Positions 49,418 through 61,345 of a stretch of DNA of 64,000 nucleotides are shown here, piece after piece. A model generated the notes under the pieces. It was not told where the DNA came from. It did not search any database and saw nothing but the letters and a program-made list of their open reading frames with translations. Origin of the DNA: Hemiscyllium ocellatum (taxonomy: Eukaryota). The stretch is taken from NCBI RefSeq assembly GCF_020745735.1, contig NC_083410.1:3818117-3882116 (forward strand), written 5' to 3'. Position numbers and translations under genes: made by a program. The stretch's first letter is position 1. Each line of letters begins with the position of its first letter.

Positions 49418-51300
49418 TTCTCCCAGCTCAGCTTGCTCTGGTTTGGTTTGCTTTTGTCAGTCTGGTTATTCACTGAAAGCAGTCAGGCAGTTGTAAAACC
49501 TGCTTGACTCAAAGAAGCAGGTCCATGCTGATCCTCTCTTTGACTTGTCTCCAATAAGACCCTATGTTTAAGTTTAGGTTTTGTGCCAAGGGATATTTAT
49601 GGGGATTGTTGCAATTACTTGGAACAACATCATTAAGTTGGGATAACCTATTGGGTTTTCAAATGGTTTAAGTTATTCTATATTCTGTTCTTAGTGAGTT
49701 TTGCAAAGATTTGTAGCTCAGGTCGAGATTCTGGGTGTAGGTTTGCTTACTGAGCTGGAAGGTTTGTTTTCAGACGTTTCACCACCATACTAGGTAACAT
49801 GTTCAGTGAGCCTCTGAATGAAGATGTTACCTTGTATGATGATGAAACATCTGAAAATGAACCTTCTGTCTCAGTGAGCAAACCTACATCCATATTCTGT
49901 TCTCTTTTGTTTGTGCTTAATCTTGAAAATAAATTCTGTTTTGTTTAAAACTATGTGGGTTGACTAACTGCATGTGTCATGGAATATTCACATTATATCT
50001 ACTAAAACAGCTACTAAAGCTAGAGTCTGGCCCACTTTCTGAAATGTTTTGAGGGGGTGTGGCCTGGTCCATAGCAGATTGGGGGCTGTTTGTGGGATTT
50101 GTTCTTTCTTTCCAATTTGGTATTAGTGTTGTTGGACTCGAAGGCAGTGAGTGGCAGATGTTAGGGTCTTTTGTTACAGGTGTTACTTGGGATAGCAATG
50201 GCTCTTTCAGTCACTAAGAGTTTTCTGGGGGTGAAAGAAGTGACCTTGGGGGTTTTACAAGAGGTGATAAGGCCAAACAGCTGGAATTAGCAGACAAGCT
50301 GAGGTTGGAGCTGCCTCCTTCCATGAGGAAAGGAGAGATAATTACAGCGATAGCTCAGCATTTACATTTGCTGGAAATGCCATCAGAATCTTTAGAGATG
50401 TCTAAAACATCGTTGAAAATGAAACAGTTTGTATTACGATTAAAAGCAGAAGAAAGGAAAATAAAATGAATGGCTTTAGCCGAACAAAAAGAAAGAGAGA
50501 GAGAGAAAAAAGAGAGAAAAGAATCATGAAAGAGCGAGAGAACAGCAAGAAAGAGTGAAAGAAAGAGATAGAAGAGAGAGGAAAGGAAGAAAGAGAGAGA
50601 GCTTAAATTCAGAAATTGGCACTTAGCCTGGAAAGTCAGCTGAAAAGGATGGAGCTGTAGGTAAGCAGAGTGAGGATAAGCAACCCATGGAAGCTAAAGG
50701 CCTGATGAGAAACTGTTTAAATATATTCAAGCATTGCCCAAATTTGATGAGGAGGATGTGGAAGCCTTTTTCATCTCATTTGAAAAGGTGGCTAAACAAA
50801 TGTAATGGCCAGTGACCATGTGGGTTTTGTCGATCCAAACAAAGCTTGTAGGTAGAGCTAGTCAGGTATTTGCATCACTATCAGAGGAGCTATCTGGGGC
50901 ATAAGAGGAGCTGAAGAAAACCATCTTCGGTGCAGATGAGCTTGTGCCGGAAGCCTACAGGCAACGTTTCAGGAATGTAAGGAGGGACCCTGGTCAAACC
51001 TACAAATAAAGGAATTTGGATAGGTGGATACGGGCATTAAAAACAGAGCAAAACTTAACTCCTTATGAGAGATTATTATTTTGGGGGAGTTTAAAAATTC
51101 ACTTCCTGAAGGAGTAAGAACTCATATGAAAGAACAGAGAGTGAAAACAGCAAGATTAGCTGCTGAAATGGCTGATAGTTATGAGTTAGCCCATAAATTA
51201 AAGTTTAGCTTCCAAAATCAATTTCAATCCATGGGAGATGGAAATTGGGGAAAATAGAAATTCTTCCATGGAAAGGAAGGGTAGATCTCAGTGATGGACC
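49418..51300 (+). mobile_element. Gmr1-like Gypsy 5' LTR, primer-binding site and truncated gag
   Basis: LTR homologous to 8072-8330. tgggggctgtttgtgggat near 50080 resembles the tRNA-Pro PBS TGGGGGCTCGTCCGGGAT. gag encodes PKFDEEDVEAFFISFEKVAK..ELVPEAYRQRFR. Confidence 0.85.
49692..49891. mobile_element. Palindromic 200-bp mini-element with 12-bp TSD inside the LTR
   Basis: atattctgttct at 49680-49691 and 49892-49903. Imperfect inverted arms of about 65 bp at 49736-49800 and 49824-49888. Confidence 0.8.
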
Positions 51301-51773
51301 ATGTTAACAGCCCCAAACAGGGAAATCGTGTTCTATGAGGTCCACCTGACTGACCACATTACAGTCACTACAAAGAAACAATGCTATATTCCAAGACAGG
51401 ATGATGAGTGGTTTGGAAAGAAACTTGCAGGGGGTGGTGTTCCTCTTTATCTGCTGCCCTTGTCCTTCTCGATGGAAGTGAACGTGAGTTTTGAATCTGT
51501 TGCAGAACAAAAATTGGTGCATCCAAATTGTTGATCAGATTCTGACAAGAGTTGGAAAATATTATTTAACAGACTGCTTATTCAATTATTTCTATTTGCA
51601 TTGATGGATTTTTAAAATCTGAATCAGTCCCAGATGCATCTCAATCATTCTGTAATAATGTGTTCTCTCTGTTTAACTCAAAACTCCTACCACCCTGCCA
51701 GATCCTTTCAATACAGCAGTACAGAGAATCTGCTCTTGTGGGAATAAACTGATTGTTATCTGTTTCTTTAAAG

Positions 51774-52118
51774 GTATCAATGGTCCAGTCATTCTCCAGT
51801 CTCTAAGCCTGGAACATGTCACCCAGGATCACACTGCCCAGTTCCAGTGCACCATGAGGAACACCACAGTGACACATACCAATGTTCACTGGTATCGAAT
51901 CTCCACAGAAGAAATTATGGAGTGCATTTTAACACATTCAGAAAGTAGCTCCACAGAAAGGCACCCAGGATTCACTGAGCATTTCCAGCCTTCCATAGAC
52001 ACCTCCAGTAACAGTTTCATTCTGACCATCACAAACATGCAGCCCAATGACACTGGGGTCTATTACTGCTCAATCTGGGGAAGGATCGATGGAAGAGGAA
52101 GTCAGCTCAATATCACCA
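51774..52118 (+). CDS. VJ-type V exon, open frame (V1 paralog); partner exons not seen in window
   Basis: 345 nt with AG and GTAAGT. Encodes GINGPVILQSLSLEH..AQFQCTMRN..VHWYR..DTGVYYCSIWGRIDGRGSQLNIT. Confidence 0.88.
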
Positions 52119-52256
52119 GTAAGTAGAGTTTACATGACAATCTCCTCCAGCAATAACTTCTGATCAAATGAATGAATTGGAGATCAGTTTGTTATCAAGG
52201 AGATTGGGGAGGTGATGGAGAGTGATCTTGGGGATGGATTCTCTGTTGGAAGGATC

Positions 52257-52367
52257 CATCGGTGTGTATCACTGCAGTGTTCCTAATGGTGAACTGTAAC
52301 CAGGCAGTGTGACCCTCAGTGATACATTCCAGGATTGGAGACTGGAGATGGGCTAGGGGATTTGCAT
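52257..52367 (-). pseudogene. Truncated 5' part of a V2-like exon, inverted
   Basis: Minus strand reads ttccttcaaaag|at gca aat ccc cta gcc cat ctc cag tct cca atc ctg gaa..ggt cac act gcc tgg tta cag ttc acc att agg aac, then breaks off against the + strand post-V intron. Confidence 0.8.
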
Positions 52368-53799
52368 CTTTTGAAGGAAAGGTCTGAATAAATCAAAACT
52401 TGTTTAAAATTTCTGATGTCCTCCGAATCATATTTAAGTAGAAAGGACAGATTGTAGGAGTGTAACAGTGGGATTAATTATTTCAATAAAACAAGACATT
52501 TTAAAGTGACTTCACAAATATAAAGCATTAATCATTAAGAAATGTTTCAACATGAATTCAAAAGTAAAACTAGTGAAACTTGGAAATATTACAAACTGTT
52601 CTGACTTCCCTTGTTCATCTGAAATTGAAACTCCAGTGTGACCAATATATTGAGTTCCAGATGAACACTGTGAAGGGATGGTAATTTTATTGTTTTCATG
52701 TACTTTTTAAATTTTATTGAATTGTATCACAAATAAATAATTTGTTTTATTCTATTTTTTTTCCTTAATATCTGTCATGTAATAAACTTCTTTTTCTTGT
52801 TAAAAGCCAAGCTGCAGCCTTGCCTGCTTATGTTGCAGTGAAAGACCACCTCATTAAATAAAAATAATGAAACTTGGATCCATCAATCTGGATCTTTCAT
52901 TTGAAAATTAACACGACAAGAAAGAAACCAAACGGGACATTTGTAGAATTGGCAGAGGAGAAAGCAAGGATCGGGGATTTCCATCACTCAGATACAGAAA
53001 ATAAATGTGAACGTAAGAGAAGTTATCATCATGGAAGATCAATATGTTTCACATGATCAGGAAGAAGAGATCACATCCGGAGTGAGGCACAGCCAGAATG
53101 AATACACAGCTCTGGGTTTTGGAGCAGCGTGGGAATTCAGTGCCAAGGGGAAGAGGTGCTTTCACTTGCTGTTTTGGTGATAGTTTGTCAAGTTTTGTTT
53201 AACAGGATAAATTGAAGCTCAGCATCAGACACCCAGCGCAAAACAAAGAGTGATGTCAGAGGAAAACATGCAGGTCATCGGTTGGTACTATCTGTTCATT
53301 TTTCTATCTATTAGAAGTTAATTTTAAATTAAAGGTCAATATGAGAAATATTTGACAGATTACAAACCAAATGACATATAGAAAATTTAAGAAAAACTAT
53401 GTACTAACAGGTGAGGGACAAGGTGATGTCCTATAATGACATGATGTGGAAGCTGGTGGACCCCATTGTGGTTCATAGTGTAGCTCAGCTGGAGCAAGTG
53501 TTTGGTTCTTAATGAACTCTGGCTCAGAGTTACTGAGGTGGGGTCAGATTCGATTTTCAAAACTGTAACGGAAAAGATGAAATTAAAGAGAATTCAGCTG
53601 ATAGTTTTCAGAACATATTTCTTAGCAGAAATACAACAAATGGATCTGAACTGAGAGAGTTTTATCCAACAGCCTCATCAGAAATGGAATCAGAAACAAT
53701 CCTTGAGTGCTCTTACTTGAAAGACAAAGTATTAATGAGGAAATAGATTCTGCCCCAAATACCAGGCACTGAGGAATGGACCGTGGTGCGTCAGGCAGT

Positions 53800-54075
53800 G
53801 ACTCCAGCTGAGAACCCAAATTAAACCTCACGCATTGGCTCATGAAATTCCGATGGCAGGTCATTCATGGATGAGGATAACACAGTCTAATATAGTAAAA
53901 CATTTATATTGGTCAGGATTATATCAAGATGTTATATTTAACAGACTTGTTGATTCATATCAGGAGTGGGTGAATCCCCAACCCTCAATTAAAGCTTCAC
54001 CTTTAATCCTGATCACAACTTTTGAAGAATTGTTTAGCAGAGTTTTAATAGATTGTGTAGGAGCCTGACCTAAAC
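53800..54075 (+). mobile_element. Gypsy integrase N-terminal fragment
   Basis: AHEIPMAGH..KHLYWSGLYQDV..FEELFSRVLIDCVG motif. Confidence 0.75.
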
Positions 54076-54275
54076 CCAGGAATGTCAACCAATGGGTCGA
54101 TGCAGTGGTTCAAGAAGGCAGCTCAGCACCAGCTTTTAAAGGGCAACAGTGAATCTGTCCCCACGATCAGTCTCTCCGCCACCTCCTTATTCTTCTTGAT
54201 CACAAATCAATCCGCAATTCATTCATTGGACAGGAGGCTATTGCAGGAGGAGATTGTCATGTAAATGCTACTTAT

Positions 54276-54643
54276 TGTTTACAATGATCCGCCTTCCTCT
54301 CCCTTAGATGGTACCCCAGACTGAGCAGTAATAGTCTGCAGTGTCATTGGGCTGCACATTTGTGATGGTCAGAATGAAGCTGTTATTGAAGGGCTATTTG
54401 AAAGACTGGAATTGCTCTGAATCCTGGGTACCATTCTGTGATGTTTTTCATATCGTGTTAAAACCTGGATCACCTTAATCCGTCTTTCCAACCTGTTTAC
54501 TGATATTGGTCTTTCCAACCAATATCAGTAAACATCGGTGTGTGTCACTGCAGCGTTCCTCATAATGCACTGTAGCCGGGCAATGTGACCTGTGGTGACC
54601 CATTCCAGGATCGGAGACTGGAGAATGACTGGGACATTTGCAC
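54276..54643 (-). pseudogene. VJ-type V exon pseudogene, inverted
   Basis: Minus strand encodes ANVPVILQSPILEWVTTGHIARLQCIMRN..VY*Y..NVQPNDTADYYCSVWGTI*GRG. It has two nonsense codons, two 2-nt deletions, a 27-nt insertion and a donor mutated to ATAAGT, and is followed by the V1-type intron start. Confidence 0.87.
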
Positions 54644-55081
54644 CCTAAAATTAAAACTAATGCCAATAAATGAACCAGAGTCTGATTGTTTGGTCTTTTC
54701 CACAACTACAGGGTGGCTGAGGGAAATGGGATAAACTTGGGCAGGTTGGAGACAAATGTGAGGGTTACAAAGTGTTCCCCTCCAGCTCCGGGTAGAGGGC
54801 ATGGAGCCAGTGATGGTCCCATGATCAGGCCGAGGGAACTTCAGCTCAGTAAGTGAGTCAGGGTAGGTCCCATTGGAAGGTTGTGTCCCTTTGTCCAGAA
54901 GTATTCCATCCCACTTCATGGGAGATGGAGGAAGAGATGCAGCGGTTTTGAAGGAATACCATTATTGGTGAAAAATGAGAGATTCGAGCAACAGCAATCT
55001 CTGATACTGGATGTGAGATCAACTTGGTGATGAAACCAAGATAAGAAGGAAAGTGAGGTGTTAAGAGGAGATGGAGGGCCT

Positions 55082-55129
<48 letters not shown>

Positions 55130-55169
55130 GTGAAATGATTGGGCAAAATGTGGCAAATGGAATATTTCG

Positions 55170-58100
55170 CCAGAGTGGCGAGGAGAGAAGGAGTGGTGAA
55201 GCGAGGGCTGCCGGGAGGGTGAGTTTCCTGCACTAAAAGGGACTTACCTCGGGAGTCAGGCCTCCATTTGCTGAGAGGTGCCAGGGAGGAGCGAAGGACT
55301 TCTGGGAATTCATACATTTGTGTGGTTGCGTTACCCAAATCACTACTCGGGTAATGTCTCCCACCCATCCTCCTCCTCTAACTGAAAAAAAGGTTCTGTG
55401 CACCGGTTTGGAAGGTAACAAGTTTATTTTATATTCCTTATTTTTCAACAGTCTCTTTGGGAATTTAAAATTGTGGGAATGGAGGTGAGGGCATTTGAAT
55501 GTTCCTCCTGCAGAATGTGGGATGTAAGGGTCACCACTAGTGTCCCTGCTGACTACATCTGAGGGAAGTACACCCAACTCCAGCTCCTCGAAAACCACAT
55601 TAGGGAACTGGAGCTGGAGCTGGATGAAATTCGGATCATTCGGGAGATAGAGAGGGTTATTGAGAGGAGTTACAGGGAGGGTATCACTCCTCAGGTACAA
55701 GAAAAAGGCAGATGGGTTACAGTCGGGGGATGGAAAGGGAACCGGCAGGCAGTGCAGGAATCCCCTGTGGCCATTCCCCTCAACAATAAGTATACCGCTT
55801 TGGATACAGTTGGGGGGCAACGACTTACCAGGGAAAAGCAGTGGGGCACAGGGGTCTGACACAGAGTCTGTCCCTGCTGCTCAGAAGGGAACAGGGAAGA
55901 GCAGAAGAGCAGTAGTCATTGGGGACTCCATAGTTAAGGGGACAAATAGGGGGTTCTGTGGGGACGAACAGAGTTGTTATCTCTTGTTTCTTGCCCGTGC
56001 CACCTGCTAGTGAGGCAAGGAATAGGGTGAGAGAGAAGTTGAACAAGTGGTGACAGGGATGGTGCAGGAGGGTGGGTTTTGGATTCTTGGATAATTGGGG
56101 CTCTTTCTGGGGTAGGTGAGACCTCTACAAGCAGGATGGTCTTCATCTGGACCAAAGGGGTACCAATATCCTGGGGGGAAATTCACCAAAGCTATTGAAG
56201 TGGGTTTAAACTAATCCAGCAGGGGGATGGGAACCTAAACTGTAGTTCGAGTATAGAAAAGGTTGAGAGTAGGGAGGTCTGAAATCAAGTTTCAGGGACG
56301 CAAGATGGCACCGGCAAGCAAGAGGTTGGTTTGAAGTGTGTCTACTTCAACACTAGGAGCATCCGGAATAAGGTGGGTGAACTTGCAGCATGGGTTGGTA
56401 CGTGGGACTTCAATGTTGTGGCCATTTTTGAGACGTGGATAGAGCAGGGACAGGAATGGTTGTTGCCGGTTTCAGGATTTAGATATTTCAGTAAGAACAG
56501 AGAAGATGGTAAAAGAGAGGGGAGGTGTGGCATTGTTGGTCAAGGACAGTATTAGCATTGCAGAAAGGATGTCTGGGGACTCATCAGCTAAGGTAGAAAC
56601 AGGAAAGGAGAGGTCACCCTGTTGGAAGTTTTCTATAGGTCTCCGAATAGTTCCAGTGATGTAGAGGAAAGAATAGCAAAGATGATTCTCGATAGGAGTG
56701 AGAGAGACAGGGTAGTTGTCATGGGGGCTTCAACTTTCCAAATATTGACTGGGAATGCCATAGTATGAGTACTATAGATGGTTCAGTTTTTGTCCAGTGT
56801 GTGCAGGAGGGCTTCCTGACACAGTATGTAGACAATTCTTCCGCTGCCTTCGCCTCCGCGCCTACTTCTTCAACCAGGATTCTTGCCGCCGCAACATTAA
56901 CCGTCTCAACCTGTCCACCCCTCTCACCCACTCCAAGCTCTCACCCTCGGAACGTGCAGCACTCCACTCCCTCCGTTCCACCCCAACCTGGCTATCAAAC
57001 CGGCAGACAACGGAGGCGCGGTAGTACTTTGGCGCATCAACCTTTACACCTAAACGCCAGCTCGCGGACACCTCCTCCTACTGCCCCCTTGACCATGACC
57101 CCACCTCCCACCACCAAACCATCATCTCCCAGACCATCCATAACCTCATCACCTCAGGGGATGTCCCATCCACTGCCTTCAACCTCATAGTCTCACAACT
57201 CCGCACCGCCCGTTTCTACCTCCTGCCCAAAATCCACAAACCTGACTTCTCAGCCTGCTCCTGCCCCTCCGAACTCATCTCTGCATACCTCGACACAGTC
57301 CTGTCCCCCTTAGTTCAAGAACTCCCCACCTATGTTCGGGACATCACCCACACGCTCCACCTCCTCCATGATTTTCGCTTCCCTGGTCCCCAACGCCTTA
57401 TCTTCACCACGGACCTCCAGTCCCTGTACACCTCCATCCCCCATCACAAAGGAGGCAAAGCCCTCCGCTTCTTCCTTTCCCGCCGTACCAACCAGTACCC
57501 TTCCACTGACACCCTCCTTCGACTGACTGAACTGGTCCTCACCCTGAACAACTTCTCTTTCCAATCCTCCCACTTCCTCCAAACCAAAGGAGTAGCCATG
57601 GGCACACGCATGGGCCTCAGCTATGCCTGCCTCTTCATAGGATATGTGGAACAGTCCATCTTCTGCACTGGCACCACCCCCCACCTTTTCCTCCGCTACA
57701 TCGATGACTGTATTGACGCTGCCTCGTGCTCCCACGAGGAGGTTGAACAGTTCATCCACTTTACCAACACCTTCCACCCTGACCTCAAATTTACCTGGAC
57801 CGTCTCAGACTCCTCCCTCCCCTTCCTAGAACTTTTCATTTCTATCTCGGGCGACCGAATCAACACAGACATTTGCTATAAAAAAAACCCATCGACTCCC
57901 ACAGCTATCTAGACTACACCTCCTCCCACCCTGCCCCCTGTAAAAAACGCCATCCCATATTACCAATTCCTTCGTCTCTGCCGCATCTGCTCCCAGGACG
58001 ACCAGTTCCAATACCGTACAACCCAGATGGCCTCCATCTTCAAAGATCGCAATTTCCCCCAGACGTGATCGACGATGCCCTCCACCGCATTTCCTCCACT

Positions 58101-61100
58101 TCCCGCTCCTCTGCCCTTGAGACCTGCCCGCCCAATCACCACCAAGACAGAACCTCACTGGTTCTCACCTACCACCCCACCAACATCCATATGTATCGTA
58201 TCAGCCGTCGTCATTTCCACCATCTCCAAATGGACCCCACCACCAACCCTACCTCCACTCTCGGCACCTTCACCTGCAACCGCAAGAAATGCAAAACTTG
58301 CGCCCACACTTCCCCCCTACTTCCCTCCAAGGCCACAAGGGATCCTTCCATATCTGTTACAAATTCACCCGCATCTCCATACACATCATTTACTGCATCC
58401 GCTGCACCCGATGTGGCCTCCTCTATATTGTGGAGACAGGCTGCCTACTTGGGAACGTTTCAGAGAACACCTCTGGGACACCCGGACCAACCAACCCAAC
58501 CACCCCACGGTTCAACACTTCAACTCCCCTCCAACTCCACATAGGACATGCAGGTCCTTGGACTCCTCCATCACCAGACCATAATAACACGACGCTGGAG
58601 GAAGAGCGCCTCATCTTCCGCCCAGGAACCCTCCAACCATAAGGGATGAACTCAGATTTCTCCAGTTTCCTCATTTCCCATCCCCCCCACCCTATCTCAG
58701 TCAAATCCCTCAAACTCAGCACCACCTTCCTAACCTGCAATCTTCTTCCTGACCTCTCCGCCCCCACCCCCACTTCGGCCTATCACCCTCACCTTGACCT
58801 CCTTCCACCTATCGCATTTCCAGCCTCTCTCCCCCAAGTCCCTCCTCCCTACCTTTTATCTTAGCCTGCTGGACACACTTTCCTCATTCCTGAAGAAGGG
58901 CTCATGCCCGAAACATCGATTCTCCTGCTCGTTGGATGCTGCCTGACCTGCTACGCTTTTCCAGGAACACATTTTCAGCTCTGATCTCCAGCATCTGCAG
59001 TCCTCACTTTCTCCCCAGTATGTAGACAGCCAACAAGGGGTGAAGCCACATTAGATATGGTACTGGGTAATGAGCCTGGCCAGGTGTTAGACTTGGAAGT
59101 AGGTGAGCACTTTGGTGATAGCAATCATAATTCTGTTATGTTTACTTTAGTGATAGAAAGGGATAGGTGTGTACCACTGGGCAAGAGTTACAGCTTGGGG
59201 AAAGGCAATTATGATGTGATTAGGCAAGATTTAGGAAGCATAGGATGGGGAAGAAACTGCTGGGATGGGCACATTAGAAATGTGGAGCTTATTCAAGGAA
59301 AAGCTCCTATGTGTTCTAGATAAGTATATACCTGTCAGGCGGGGAGGAAGCTGTAGAGCGTGGGAGCTACGGTTTATGAAGGAAGTGGAATCTCTGGTCA
59401 AGAGGAAGAAGGCGGCTTATTTTAGCATGAGATGTGAAGGCTCAGTTAGGGTGCTTGAGGCTTATAAGGCAGCCAGGAATGACCGAAAGAGAGAGCTCAG
59501 AAGAACCAGGAGGAGACATGAGAAGTTGTTGGCAGATAGGATCAGGGTAAACCCTAATGCTTTCTATAGGTATTTAAGGAATAAAAGTATGATGATAGTA
59601 AGATTAGGGCCAATCAAGGAGAGTAGTGGGAAGTTGTTGTGTGTCGAGTCAGAGGAGATAGAAAAAGCACTAATTGAATATTTTTCAACAGTATTCACTC
59701 TAGAAAATGACAATGTTGTCGAGTCAAATACTGAGATACAGGCTACTAGACTAGGTGGGATTGAGGTTCACAAGGAAGGAGTATGAAAATAAATAAGTCC
59801 CCTGGACCAGATGGGATTTATCCTAGGATCCTCTGGGAAGCCAGGGAGGAGATTGCCGAGCCTTTGGCATTGATCTTTAAATCGTCATTGTCTACTGGAA
59901 TAGTGCCAGAAGACTGGAGGATAGCAAATGTGGTTCTCCTGTTCAAGAAGGGGAGTAGAGAAAATTCTGGTAATTACAGACTAGTGAACCTTACTTCAGT
60001 TGTTTGTAAAGTGTTGGAAAAGGTTATAAGAGATGGGATTTATAATCATCTAGAAAAGAATAATTTGATTAGGGATAGTCACCACGGTTTTGTGAAGGGT
60101 AGGTTGTGCCTTACAAACCTTATTGAGTTCTTTGACAAGGTGACCAAGCAGGTAGATGAGAGTAAACCGGTTGATGTGGTGTATATGGATTTCAGCAAAG
60201 CGTTTGATAAGGTTCCCTACTGTAGGCTATTGCACAAAATGTGGAGGAATGGGGTCGTGGGAGATATAGCAGTTTGGATCAGTAATTGGCTTGCTGAAAG
60301 AAGTCAGGAGGTGGTGGTTGATGGGAAATGTTCATCCTGGAGTCCAGTTACTAGTGGTATACTGCAAGGTTCTAGTTTGGGTCCACTGTCGTTTGTCATT
60401 TATATAAATGACCTGGATGAGGGCGTAGAAGGATGGGTTAGTAAATTTGCAGATGATACTCAGGTCGGTGGAGTTGTGGATAGTGACGAAGGATGTTGTA
60501 GGTTACAGAGAGACATAGATAAGCTGCAGAGCTGGTCTGAGGAGTAGCAAATGGAGTTTAATGCAGACAAGTGTGAGGTGATTCACTTTGGTCGGAGTAA
60601 CCGTAATGCAAAGTACAGGGCCAATGGTAAGATTCTTCGTAGTGTAGATGAGCTGAGAGAGCTCGGTGTCCAGGTACACAGATCTTTGAAAGTTGCCACC
60701 CAGGTTGATTGGGTTGTTAAGAAGGCATACAGTGTTTTAGCTTTTATTAATAGAGGGATCGAGTTCCGGAACCATGAGGTTATGCTACAGCTGTACAAAA
60801 CTCTGGTGCGGCTGCACTTGGAGTATTGTGTACAGTTCCGGTCACCGCATTATAGGAAGGATGTGGAAGTTTTGGACAGAGTGCAAAGGGGATTTACTAG
60901 GATGTTGCCTGGTATGGAGAGAAGGTCTTACGAGGAAAAGCTGTGGAACTTGAGGCTGTTTTAGTTGGAGAGAAGAAGGTTGAGAGATGACTTAATAGAG
61001 ACATACAAGATAATCAGAGGGTTAGATAGGGTGGACAGGGAGAGCCTTTTTCAAAGTATGGTGATGGCGAGCAAAAGGGGACATAGCTTTAAATTGAGGG

Positions 61101-61345
61101 GTAATAGATATTGGATAGATGTCAGAGGTAGTTTCTTTACTCAGAGAGTAGTAAGGGTATGGAATCCTTTGCCTGCTCCGGTAGTAGATTCACCAAACTT
61201 AAGTATACTTAAGTCATCATTGGACAAGCATATGGATATACATGGAATAGTGTAGGTTAGATGGTCTTCAGGTTTGTATGACAGGTCGGCGCAACATCGT
61301 GGGCCGAAGGGCCTGTACTGCGCTGTAATGTTCTATGTTCTATAT
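55170..61345 (+). mobile_element. Near full-length CR1 LINE split by a Penelope insertion
   Basis: 5' UTR, ORF1 (zinc finger; RAVVIGDSIVKG), endonuclease (KCVYFNTRSIRNK), RT ORFs 59783-60964 and gttctatgttctat tail. Confidence 0.92.
56835..59015 (+). mobile_element. Penelope-like element with 13-bp TSD
   Basis: cagtatgtagaca at 56822-56834 and 59016-59028. RT (MGTRMGLSYACLF, FLRYIDD), GIY-YIG and terminal repeat. Confidence 0.92.

Noticed and set aside
53041-53180. Open stretch containing NEYTAL that could be a tyrosine-motif exon for the 51774 V
   Set aside because: No good acceptor, no TM exon in between, and the flanks resemble Gypsy LTR/gag remnants.
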